In this document: one piece after another, positions 49,301 to 60,504 of the stretch
Numbering within the stretch: position 1 is the first letter of the stretch
Layout of the letters: every line of letters starts with the position of its first letter
Source: Bispira polyomma
Lineage: Eukaryota
Assembly (NCBI GenBank): GCA_965649765.1
Contig: OZ287756.1
Coordinates: 64,790,001 to 64,854,000, forward strand
Direction: 5' to 3'
Length of the DNA: 64,000 nt
The notes under the pieces: model-generated
The model's input: the letters and a program-made list of their open reading frames with translations, nothing else
What the model was told of the DNA's origin: nothing
Database searches by the model: none
Program-made: the position numbers and the translations under genes

Positions 49301-52300
49301 CTACTGTGGGTACCCAGTTAGGTAAACCAAAGGCAAAATTCAAAGTAAAATCTGAAACATATGTATGAAAAATGTTTTGATGATTTATTTTTTACACAAG
49401 TTTGCTTTAAAACCTGATAAAAACAATTTTATATATATATTGGTAGCTCACAAAAGTTGGTTTACCTACAAAATTATCGGGTTTTTTGACAGCTCTAGAA
49501 ACGACCAAACCATAATTTATTTTCCAATTTTAATATTTTCATTTTTAGCTGTTATAGCTCGCAATATGTCCGAAATTAGTCCGAAGATAGTGAACCACTA
49601 GTTACTATCCCTATAGACAAAAGAAAGTACTAGTCATCAGTACAGAAGCCACTATAGCACCCCCAACAAATCTATCACTTAAATTAATTCCTTGCTTATC
49701 AAAGCCCATGTTAATCCAATTAAAGACTTTTTTTACTAAACTGTCGCTGTTCTATGCACTAACATTTTACAAATCACAACAGCTCATTTTGGCCGTTTTT
49801 GGCTAAAGACCTACCTTAAGTAGCTAAACTAGGTCAAACTAAAGTGGTTTTAGGCTGCACCTGGATCCCCAAACAATAATTGATAGGTTTTAGAGCAATC
49901 CTCAAAGTTGAGATTTAACATGGTGACATAGGGGAAGCACCATAGAATAATTATTTTAGTCACACTTACTTGAATCCTTTAATAATCTAAGTCATAAAAG
50001 GTAAATAAAATAGCACTCAGCTAAAATGGCTTATAAGTTTTAAGCTTATAAATATAATACACATATATAAATAGTCAGAGAATAAATTTATTTGTTTCCA
50101 GGGGATACATTATTTTGCAAGGGGATACAAAAATTTGTATCTAAATTTATTTGTTTCCAGGGGATACATTATTTTGCAAGGGGATACAAAAATTTGTATC
50201 TAAAATTTCGCCATCCCTAAAATTTAGGCCAAATAAATATAAACTGGCGAAAAATAACTGGCAAGGAAGGCAAATTATTCATAAAAAAATTTATTTAAGC
50301 AACTACTTACCACAATTCTACCCAAAACACAACATTTTCTAGGTTGCGAATTTCAGATGGTGGCAAATTTTATATTCCTTACAGCCACAACCACCCATTA
50401 ACCAAAGTATGTATATATGTTATATATCTTCCCAAACCTAATGTTTGTCATGTATAGTATATATTCCTTTTAAAACCATTAAAAAGGGCTGTAATGGAAC
50501 CTTCAATCAAATCTGAGAATCCCAATATTTAAAACTTGAATAACTTCTACTATACTGCATATAATCACACCAAATTAATTTTGGACTAACTAGAGACCAA
50601 AAAGTGTATATATACCAAATTTAAGAGCACAACTCTTTACAGATTCAGAGATTACCCTGTTGACACGTCATAACCATACGTAACCAAGGGCTTTTACACT
50701 ATTTCCTTTCTCTAGGAAAGCATGATTATGCCAATAAGCACCCATTAACACTTTTTTTCGACATTCTGTATGATTGATCGACCCTGTCAATCAAAATCTC
50801 AAAATTTACAAACATCTATACTTTGGTATTTGCAATGTGCATGCCAAATTTTATTGAACTATGACAAGTACTTCAAAAGAAAAGTTAACTAGACCCAGCA
50901 CATCGGAGAACCGATGCATATTTGTATCCACCCGAAAGACAGAGCACCCTAAGTAGGAAGCACCCAAGCTATGGCTACCCTCGTCTGACCTTGAAGGAGG
51001 GGTGTAAGGTCAAATCTGACCACATCAGACGATTCAGCCCATGATTACCTATAAGTTAGTTTTACATCTCAAAACTGTAGGACCAATAATAAGTGAGTCA
51101 TAAGCACTTTTAAGTTTGGCTATTGTCATTTGACCTTTAAGGAGGGCCCCAAGGTTAAACCTAACCACATTAGAAGACTCCTATCCCATGATTTCCTATA
51201 GGTTGGTTTCACAATGCAAACATCTAGGACCAATAATAAGTACTTTTAAGTTTGGATACCTTGCTTGATCTTGAATGAGGGGCCCAAAGTTTAACCTGAC
51301 CACATTAGATTCCCAGCCCATAATTTTCTATAGGTAGGCTTCACATGGCAAACCTATAAGACCAATATTAAGGGAGATATAGGCACTTTTTAAGTTTGCA
51401 ATGTGCGGTACTTTGGATGACCTTGAATGAAGAGCTTCAAGGTGAAATGTCTGCATGCTTGTAGAGGACATAAATATCTGTTATACATATCACCAACATT
51501 AACCTTCTAGTTATGAGAACTGGTCAGTAGAAAAAGGTGGATAATTTTCAAAGAAATGCTGATGGCGGCCATCTTGTTTTTAAGAATGAGGCTAATTTCA
51601 GTCGCAGAGAAGCTTACCCCCAATAAAGATATCCTGCAAATTTGGTGAAGCTAGCTGGTCGAGTTTTCCGCTTAGAGTGTGAACGGCAGAAATCTACGCG
51701 TCAGCAGCGGTGGTGGTGGCAGTGGAGATGGGGGCATAGCAAAGGCTAAACTAAAGTGTCCACCGATCCAGTGGATACAATGATCTAGTGGATACAACAA
51801 ACGTGCAAGATAGAGCAAAATACTCATTTGAAGTATTAAGTACTCATTGAGTATTGGAGTTAGAATTTGAATTAGGATATTTAACGTCCACTCTAGTACC
51901 TTTTAGTAGGTTATATTGGGACAGGTAGTTGGAAACGCTGGAGGAAACACTGCATACAGTCGGTCAAGGTTCTGCAGAGAAACCAGCGGCCCACAGTAAG
52001 GAACTACCACCTTTCCCACATAGGCATTGACGGAATTCGAACTCACGCCGCCCAGAGGTGAGAGACCAGTGATTGTGAAGCGCAATGCTTGCTAACCACT
52101 AGGCCACCGCAGCCCCCCCATATCATGACGATATCACAACAAAGTAAATTAGTGACGAGTGTGAAAATAGTAAACCTGTGACTAGTTAGCGGTCGAATGG
52201 AAACAAAAACCATCTGCTGTGGGTACCCAATAAGGTAAACAAAAAGCAAAACTAGAATACTGTTTTGCAAATGAAAGGAAATTTTTTTTGCACAATAAAA

Positions 52301-55300
52301 ACAAAGCGATTTAATGAGACATTGTGTCACGTCAAATGTATTTTGATGGCTGCAAAAAATGGCAGGAGAGCGATTTCTGCATATAATCATGCGTAAATAA
52401 AACGGTCGGCAATCAGTCAATTATCATCCGATTGATCAACAGCGTCTCCCGGCCAGAAAATTGCCTTACCAAAGTACACTCAAAATTTTATTGAACTGTG
52501 ACAAATATTTTGAGAAAACCTAGTGAAAGGCACTTTTACACCCCCGGAGTCACCTGACTTTTAAGTAGGCTAAAGTTCAAACCCAAGAATTTGAAAAAAA
52601 AATCTCATTCCTGGTTAATAGCCAAAAATAATTTTGATGCAGATAATATTGAAAGAGATATTCAAGGAAGACCATGCGGCGGTGGCACAGGTGGCACGTG
52701 TGGCGGCAGCTAGGAAACCTTGGGTGAAACCAAATAAGCGCCCTTTTCAAGGGACGCCTAATCAATACAAACATTCAGACTTGCACATCTGAGAGGAGTG
52801 ACAAATGTTAGTCCCTTTACCTCAGTTGTTTCAGGTGGTTTTGTCGCAGCTCCTCCACCTTTTGCCTTGGTTCTCTGCTGAGGAAACAAAACATATTTGA
52901 AACCTCGCATAATAATTCAACAATTACTTTTTCCCTGGCAATAGGACAGATTTACAGCAAGCTACATTGACAATGAACAAATTTGTAGAAAAAATTTAAT
53001 TAATACATTTGCATATTTCTCTAATTGAATGGAAACATAAAATTAGTTGCAGCTGTGGATGAAAAAATTTCAAAGCACACATAGTCAAAGTTTTTGTTTG
53101 TGATTCATCAATATTTTTAAGATAAAAACTGGTAACATTGAAACCCTAAAGTTGACTTTCCATTAGATTAAACAATAACAAAGTATCAAGGACATACATA
53201 CTGACACACATGAAATTTAAAAGAGGAACCTGGAAAAAGATTTGATTGATTCAGGTTTAACATCACTTTTTACACATTGTATAGGTCATATCCAGTTTTC
53301 CTGGTGGGAGAAAGCAGTGCATACTAGTCAGAAGTGGGAGGCGAGTGTTACAACTGCACCACCAAGGTCCCTATTCAAAAAGACAGTCTTTAGATTATAC
53401 ACCGAATACAAACAAACTCACTAACTGACACTGAAGTTAAAGCTTGATTAAAATATTGAAGTCAACAAGGATGAAATTATATAGAGATCACTGTGAATAC
53501 AGTCAAATTTCAAAGATTGTTACTTACCAAGAAAACTGTGGCCATGGGCCACGTATCAGAGTTTGCTATCTGAATGCATGTACAACAAATTGGCGAAACA
53601 TGTGATAAAAAACAGGTCAAAATATCCATATTATTCCGAAAATAGTGAACCATCAGAAAAAATTAAAGAATTGTCGGGGACAGAAAAATTGGCTTACAAA
53701 AGTTTTAGTTATAGCTCACGGCTCCTTAAAGTTCGGTTCCTTAAATAACATATTTTATTTCTACCTACATTTGGTATTTATATTAATTTCACGGTATTTT
53801 CACTGCCATCCAGTTGAGGTTATATATTGCTAGGAAATCTCAGATTTGCAGTCAATCCCGTCAAAATTACCCAAATTACCCTTATGGGAGGTAATTTAAA
53901 ATAAACTTTTATAATGAATTTATTTATAAGGAATTAATTTTATATGAATGTAGTATTATATGTATTCCAATAAATAACCAATGTATTGTTACATTTATTT
54001 TTCATTCGATTTGGGGATTATAATATACAGTGCAGGAATTAATTTTGTATTGATGTATTATTATGTTTATTCTTTATTGGATTTGGAATTATATAATATA
54101 CAGTCTAGGAGTTATTTTTTTTATGTTTATTCTCCACAAATATAATTATTTTATCTATATTTATTTTTAGATATAGACAATTTTAGAGCTACTACCCAAG
54201 ATTCAGGTGAGTAGGGTGAGTTTTTCCAAGTTATAGGTTGGAGACAAAAAATAATTTATTTTGATTTGTATAAAGAACTACAGGTTTACCACAGAAACAC
54301 AGGGCCAGGACGATTTTCTCCAAGCTAAAGGTTAGACACAAAAACAGCAATTAATTTTGAATTGTATAATAATACCTACAAAACACAAAAACATATGAGC
54401 AGGGCGATTTTGTCTAAGATATAGGTTGGAGACAAAACAAAAAATCAATAATTTTGACTCGTATTAAAAACTATAAAACACAAAAAGATACGAGTAGGGC
54501 GATTTTGTCCAAGATATAGGTTGGAGACAAAACAATTAATAATTTTGACTTGCATGAATCACTACAAAACACAAAAACATATGAATAGGGTGATCTTCTT
54601 TAAGTTACAGGTTGGAGACAGAAAACAATTAATTCTGATTTGTATGAAGAGCTACCTGATTACCATGAAAACATATGTCCAGGGATATTTTGTCTAAGTT
54701 GAAAACAATACAGATACATCCATTTAATCACATTAAAAAAACTTCTATACCTCACAAAACCATATGAGCAGGGAAATTTTGTCCAAGACATAGGTTAGAG
54801 ACCAAAAAACAACTAATAATTTTGACTGGCATGAATCACTACAAAACACAACAAGATAAGAGTGGTCCATGGACCACATCGCCAGATGACTGACAATTTG
54901 CATCGATTATCACCCACACAGACTCGATGCATCGAAAACCCAATTTTAAACTAAGTAAAATGCTGATACATACCTAAGCTTTACTATATTATATGTTGTC
55001 CCAAAATCCAACTTCAAATTTAGGTGTAAAATGAACATAAAGTTACCTTTTTATCGATCTATTAATTATATTTGCCCTATGCGGCAATGTGTTTTTGGGC
55101 AAATACTAAAATTCAGCAAATAGGGAGTAAAATATACACAATCGAGTCGCAAAGCCCATGATACATGCCCAAAACGATTTTGTCTAAGTTAAAGGTTGGA
55201 GACAAACAAAACAACAATTAATTTTGACTTGTATGAATCACTACAAAACACAGAAACATATGTCCAAGATTTAGGAGACAAAAAAAAAAAAAAAATTAAT

Positions 55301-58058
55301 TTCGACTTGTGTTGAAAACTACAAAACACAAAAACATATGAGCAGGGTGATTTTGTCCAAGATACAGGTTGAAGACAAAAAAACAACTAGAAAACTGTTT
55401 TTGATAACAAAAACGAAGCGTCCCTAAAGTTGAAAAAATAATGAAATTGTTTAGTGTACAAGGTTTGACTTTATTTAAAAGTTGACATATAAGCAGAATC
55501 AGCACTTTTGGTCGAATATGAGCTCAAAATCGCTTTATGTAGCACCATTTCCGAGATAACCGATGTTTTCTAAAAAGACGCAGAAATTGAAGATGGTTAC
55601 CCAAATCAAAAATTACTTTAAAAGTTTACATATATGCAAAATCAGCCCTGTGGGTCGAAAATGAGCTCGAAATCGTTCTATCCAGCAGCGTTTCTGAGAT
55701 AAAGGACATTTTCGAAAAAAAAGCAGAAATTCAAGATGGCCGCCAAAATTCAATAGTCTACTTATAAACAAAATCAACCGTGTGGGTCAAAAATGAGCTC
55801 AAAATTGCTCTGTCTAACACCGTTTCCAAGATAAGGGACATTTTCGAAAAAGACACAGAAATTCAAGATGGTCGCCAAAATTAAAATTTTTTCAAAAGCT
55901 TACATATGAGCAAAATCAACCCTGTGTGTCGAAAATTAGCTCGAAATCGCTCTATCTAGCACAGTTTCTGAGATAACGAACATTTTCGAAAAAGACGCAA
56001 GACGAAATTCAAGATGGCCGCCAAAATCAAAGATTTTTTTAAAAGTATAAATATAAGCAAAAACAACCCTCAGGGTTGAAAATGAGCACAAAATCGCTGT
56101 ATCTAGAACCGTTTCCGAGATAACGGACATTTTCGAAAAATATGCAGAAATTCAAGATGACCGCCAAATTTGAAAATTTTTGAAAGTTTACATATGAGCA
56201 AAAATAACCCTGTGGGTCGAACATTAGCTCGAAATCGCTCTATCTAGCACCGTTGCCGAGATAGCGGATATTTTCGAAAAAAAAGCAGAAATTCAAAATG
56301 GTCGCCAAAATTGAACATTTTTTCAATAGTCTACGTAAGATCAATCCTGTGGGTCGAAAATGAACTCAAAATCGCTCTATCTAGCACCGTTTCCGAGATG
56401 ATGGACGTTAAAAAAAACAACTTAATTTTTAAAAATTTAAAATTTAAATAGTTTTATATCAGTAACAATCGCATACTTTTGGACGGGGTAAAAGATAAAT
56501 AAAAATTTAGGCTATTCTTTAAAAGTTACACTCTGCATGTACTGGTCTAAAATTATAAATAAAAAAAATCCTCACACGCTCAAAAAAGCACCCATCAACA
56601 CATTTTTCCCCCATTTTGTATGATTGATTGACCCTGTCAATCAGTCCAGATTGATCTAAAAATTTACGGACATCTATGCCTTGGTATTTGCAATGCGCAT
56701 GCTAAATTTTATTGAACTATGACAAGTACTTCAAAAGAAAAGTTGATAAAAGTGCAAGATAGAGCAAAATAGAGCAAAATACTCATTTGAAGTACTCAGT
56801 ACTCATTGAGTACTGGACTTAGAACTGTGAGATTTTTACATCTCACATAAAATCAAAAAGTAGATGAATAACTTATACCAAGAAAAAGCCGAAATCCCAA
56901 TAGTTTCATAGATAGCAAAAAAGTACCCATTTTTCGCATTTCAATAAAAATCAATCGGTTGACAATCGGTCAATTATCATCCGATTAATCTCATCAGCAT
57001 CTCCCGTCCTAAAAATTGCCTTACCAAGGTAGATACCAAATTTCATTGAGCTATGATGGATACTTTCTGAGAAAAACCTAGTGACAAGCACTTTTACACC
57101 CCCAGGGTCGCGTGACATTTAAGTAGGCCAAAGTCAAGAATATGAAAAAAATTTCTCACTCCTGGTTAAGAGAACTGCCAAAAATAATTTAGATGCAGAT
57201 AATATTGAAGGAGATATTCAAGGAAGACCATGCGGCGGCGGCAGCAGCGAGGAAACCAACCAGGGGTGAAACCAAATAAGCGCCCTTTTCAAAGGATGCT
57301 TAATTAATAATTTTGACTTGCATGGATCACTACAAAACACAAAAACATACGAGTAGGGCGATTTTGTCCAAGATATAGGTTGGAGAAAAAAACACATTAT
57401 AATTTTTACTTGTATGAATAACTACAAAACATAGGAGTACAGTGATTTTGTCCAAGTTACAGGTTAGAGACAAAAAGCAATCAATTTTGATTTGTTTGAA
57501 GAACTACCTGTTTACCATGAAACATATGTTTTCATATGATTGTATTGTATTCTGAGGAAGGAGTAAGGCTCCAAAAGCTCAATAAACTTTATATTTCTAT
57601 ATGCTCTTGTGTTAAAGTTTGTTTTTCACAAAACATTTTATAATTCTACCATGAAACATATGACCAGGGCAATTTTGTCGTAATAGTATTTCGTTATAAA
57701 AAGACACAGTTAAAAGCCTGATAATTTTCAAAGTAACGCGGCCATCTTGTTTTTCAAAATACGGCTAAAATTAGCTTTTATAATAAAGAGCATTTCCTAT
57801 AAATGTCAGGAGCCTAGGTGTAAAAGTTTTCCCAGGAGAGCGGTAATGGTAAAATCTCTACACCCACTGACACGGCAGCTGTGGCATAACAAAGTGTAAG
57901 CAGTGTTCCGGTGGATACAAAAAGAACCAAGCAGGACATCATACCTGATTGTGAAGCTAACATAATAGTTCATATCATTAGTAACAAATTAACTTTACCT
58001 CAGATGCCCCAGATTGCTTTGTCACAGTTTCTTTTGCATCTGTTACTGTTTTGGTTGC
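31277..58058 (-). CDS. RNF213: RNF213/mysterin-like giant AAA+ ATPase / E3 ubiquitin ligase, spliced, 5'-partial: join(complement 57999..58058, [53528..53569?], 52821..52877, 46702..48449, 31882..43336, 31277..31369), at least 4470 aa
   Basis: RNF213-type motifs in the expected order: SDLPGLGKT, PVVLMGETGCGKT, WLFLDEIN, AACNPYR, VYRVHPLP, VSLRDV, IPIFLVGKPGCSKSLS, VVLLDEVGLAEISKFNPLKVLH, ISNWALDSAKMNR, HGLRDFYSL, LYDMLNQNY, PPFLNRFEKQ. All junctions are GT-AG and phase-compatible. Best called RNF213-like; one-to-one orthology is not shown. Confidence 0.9.
31882..43336 (-). CDS. RNF213: RNF213-like giant coding exon (11,455 bp): stalk, AAA+ ring, E3 module
   Basis: 3820-aa open frame. Acceptor tgttgttcttttag|G at 43337/43336 (phase 2; completes ATG from the previous exon). 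Donor AAG|gtaaga at 31882/31881 (phase 0). The ORF-track start M and the VRMMLF* end are artefacts of reading into introns. Confidence 0.93.
43397..44598. mobile_element. Composite Helitron/Helentron-like repeat with AT-rich tandem units and a long internal inverted repeat
   Basis: Starts AACTAGAGTACTG..GCAAATGAAA (also near 52250). Ends in the hairpin AAGCGCCCTTACGGGACGCTT; variants at 46664, 52736 and 57278. Confidence 0.55.
45715..46598 (-). mobile_element. Helentron-type non-autonomous element (HINE/DINE-1-like) with internal about 127-bp tandem repeats
   Basis: Subterminal inverted repeats ATTTGTATCCAC (45741) and GTGGATACAAT (46586), end hairpin TGTATCCAGCGG..CCGGTGGATACA, terminal AACAAG, no TSD. 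Nested in another element. Confidence 0.7.
46702..48449 (-). CDS. RNF213: RNF213-like N-terminal coding exon (1748 bp): beta-rich domain followed by helical stalk
   Basis: 580-aa ORF. Acceptor tatttttatttctag|AAA at 48450/48449 (phase 0). Donor AAAAT|gtaggt at 46702/46701 (phase 2), matching the phase-2 acceptor of the giant exon to give ...HLDK-M-ATYDMFMD... Confidence 0.85.
50084..50205. repeat. Near-perfect tandem duplication of about 59 bp
   Basis: AAATTTATTTGTTTCCAGGGGATACATTATTTTGCAAGGG(G)ATACAAAAATTTGTATCT occurs twice. Confidence 0.85.
50887..51797 (-). mobile_element. Helentron-type non-autonomous element, same family as 45715..46598
   Basis: AACTAG...ATTTGTATCCAC at the left end, GTGTCCACCG..CCAGTGGATACAAT at the right, a (GGT/GGC)n microsatellite and the same internal tandem unit. 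An empty-site paralogue lies at 56721..56770. Confidence 0.72.
51863..52116 (-). mobile_element. tRNA-derived SINE (family A), in an RNF213-like intron
   Basis: Reverse-strand full-length copy; no TSD visible. Confidence 0.88.
52821..52877 (-). CDS. RNF213: 57-bp symmetric (phase 0-0) micro-exon, QRTKAKGGGAATKPPETTE
   Basis: Acceptor ttttgtttcctcag|CAG (NAGNAG), donor GAG|gtaaag. In frame, no stop, in a unique island between repeats. Confidence 0.7.
53528..53569 (-). CDS. Candidate 42-bp phase 0-0 micro-exon, IANSDTWPMATVFL
   Basis: Acceptor tgcattcag|ATA, consensus donor TTG|gtaagt, frame-preserving with no stop. No similarity to the other two micro-exons. Confidence 0.35.
54200..55385. 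repeat. About 90-bp tandem array, split by insertions and resuming at about 57303..57680
   Basis: Unit ACTACAAAACACAAAAACATATGAGCAGGGCGATTTTGTCCAAGATATAGGTTGGAGACAAAA..AATTTTGACTTGTATGAA. Confidence 0.8.
55500..56410. repeat. About 120-bp tandem array (AAATTCAAGATGGCCGCCAAAA unit), about 7-8 copies
   Basis: Unit GAAATCGCTCTATCTAGCACCGTTTCCGAGATAACGGACATTTTCGAAAAAGACGCAGAAATTCAAGATGGCCGCC. Related arrays at about 48825..49150 and 59330..59990. Confidence 0.85.
57999..58058 (-). CDS. RNF213: 60-bp symmetric (phase 0-0) micro-exon, ATKTVTDAKETVTKQSGASE
   Basis: Acceptor attttattcaacag|GCA, donor GAG|gtaaag. The last 33 nt match the 52821..52877 exon at 23/33 positions. Confidence 0.7.
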
Positions 58059-59329
58059 CTGTTGAATAAAATATTTTAAACTATTTAACATAAACTCTGG
58101 GCTAATTAATACGTATTCCGCTGTGACCTAGTGAGTACCACTTGGATACCGATACATACTAGGTCAGAGGACCTCTTAAAATGTTGACTGTGTAATTCAG
58201 TGTTATCCCCAGTGGCAGGCTAAAATAACCTTCGATCCTGATAGTCTGTTGATTGATAGATCTTGAAGCATATATGGAATTTCAGCATGCAAAAATGAAT
58301 CGCCACATTTTCATATTTGTAGTGCATCTACCATTTTCAAACTGTGAAAACAAATGTATGTAAAATCATGTACATACGCTGACATATTACTGCACTTTTA
58401 CTGTACATTTTAGTATTTTCATAATCTGAATACTATTTGACAAACACAACACAAGCTTCCGAAAATAAACTTTTAAGATGGGTATTTTTATTTTTACTAT
58501 ACAGAGTACATTATTTTGCTATTTTGTTCATTTTATGAAATGAAGTTTAAAATATATAAGTTCATAACATTTTAAGGAGAATTGTCACTGATGATATGTG
58601 TGTTTACTTTGCAAGACCCTTGAAACAATACTTTTTTTAAATAGGACACCAATAATAGGAAAGTGACTTTCATGACCAAAGTTTCACCTATAATCCAAGG
58701 CCATAGTTGAAAATATAAAGGCCATCAAGATCCCTGATCAAGGCATTCCTACCATCAACACATTCCAAAGCTCTAAAAGCAACAGTAACATTGGTGCAAA
58801 GCAAAACCGTCATAAAAGTTACCTTAACTTGATATAGATAGTAACTTTGTTTAGCCCCCCCAAAAAAATTTCACCAACCATAATTAATTTTCAAAGAGAG
58901 CCTAAAACTAGATGTTATGCAAGAACATGAAAACTGACACTTTAAGAGTCATGGAAGTATAAAGACCTACTTGGTTTTGAGTGTTATAAAAGTTGGTATC
59001 AAAGTTATGAAAAAGGAAAGTTATAAAAAAGTCATTCTTACTATCATCTGGATTACTGCTTATTTGACAGCCTAAGTAGGTAGCTGATTGAACTGCTGTA
59101 TCAAATACACTCAGACATATTAACCAAATATAAGAGCACAACTCCCTATAGATTCGGAGACAGACACACGGTTAGGTATAACCTACATACTAAACTCTTT
59201 ATAGGAAAGCATGAGAATGCCAGGCCATTGCATTTTCATGCAAAAAACAGATTTGAAGTAAAACTGAATTCATAAAATTGACCTTGAACCCAAAGTTGTA
59301 ATGGGAGGTCAAATGTGACTAATTTATAA

Positions 59330-59990
59330 GATTTCCAAGATAATGGACATTTCTGGAAAAGACATGCAAATTCAAGATGACTGACCAAATTAGAACAAGA
59401 TGCCCTGTTGACCGAAAATGAGATCTTGCAGTTTCCAAGACAGTGTAAAGTACGTTTCAGGAAAAAGATACATAAATTCAAGATAACTGCCAAAGTGTTT
59501 GAAAAGTGGTCCTACAATCTGAACAAGATGGCCTGGGGGCTAAAAATTAAGTCGAAATGGCTGTATCTTGCACCGTATCTTGGACGTTTCTGGAAAGGAC
59601 TTAAAAATTTAAGATTACCTCCAAAATCGGAAAATGTCCGAAAAATTGTCATAGAACCTGAAAATGGGGTTGAAATATCTCTTATCTTACAACATTTCCG
59701 AAATAAAGGAAGTTTCTGGCAAAAAGACGCAGAACTTTAAGATGGCCGCTAGAATGGGAAAATTTCTGAAAAATTATCATACAATCTAAACAAGATTTCT
59801 GTGGGCCGAAAATAAATCAAAATTGCTCTGTCTTACACCGTTTCCGAGATACTGGATGTTTCCAAAAAACAGACGTGAAAATTCAAGATGGCCGCCAAAA
59901 TGGAAAAATTTCTGAAAAGTTGTCATGGACCCTAAACCAGATGCCCTGTGGGCCGAAAATGAGGTCAAAATTGCACCGTTTTCGAGATAA
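59330..59990. repeat. Degenerate tandem array of the AAATTCAAGATGGCCGCC family
   Basis: Five to six units containing GATGCCCTGTGGGCCGAAAATGAGGTCAAAATTGC. Confidence 0.7.
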
Positions 59991-60281
59991 CAAACGCTTT
60001 CATTGCCAATCTTAAAAAATTGGTATCTGGGATAGGGTCCAGCAACTAACTTTAAATTTATCATTTGTTTGTACAGATTTATAGTTATTTACCGTAAACG
60101 GTTCTACAGACCGCAAGACTATTGGCCCGAGTCATTTTTTAAAAGAACGTTTTTTAGATCATGGCGTCCATCTCATTTTTTGGAATGGGCCCAAATATAA
60201 TCCCAACCAAGCTATTGACATGATACACATCCAAAACAAATTTGGTAATGATAGCTGCAATACTTTTGTTTAAATGTCCAG

Positions 60282-60504
60282 TGTTGAGTACGGCGTACGA
60301 TAACCTCACCATCGTATTTGAGTTTTAGTATGAACCGGAAGTTGCCGACCGCATGTCGCAGAAAGCTAGCGTGGACTTATGTTACAGTATATATATTGTT
60401 TGTGTATCAGCGGTTTATCACATCATGAATATGAAATAAAGATAATAAACTAGTATTAATATTGTGTCTATCTTCCTACAATGGCAGCCTCCAACATTCC
60501 AACA
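60282..60504 (+). repeat. 5' LTR of the copia element (223 bp)
   Basis: TG...CA ends with a 5-bp inverted repeat, internal TATATATA and AATAAA motifs, PBS directly after. The left edge cannot be confirmed without the 3' LTR. Confidence 0.7.

Noticed and set aside
59042-59095. Further RNF213-like micro-exon ending ATA|gtaaga
   Set aside because: It is open only in phase 1-1, which does not fit the phase-0 acceptor at 58058; phase 0 contains stops.
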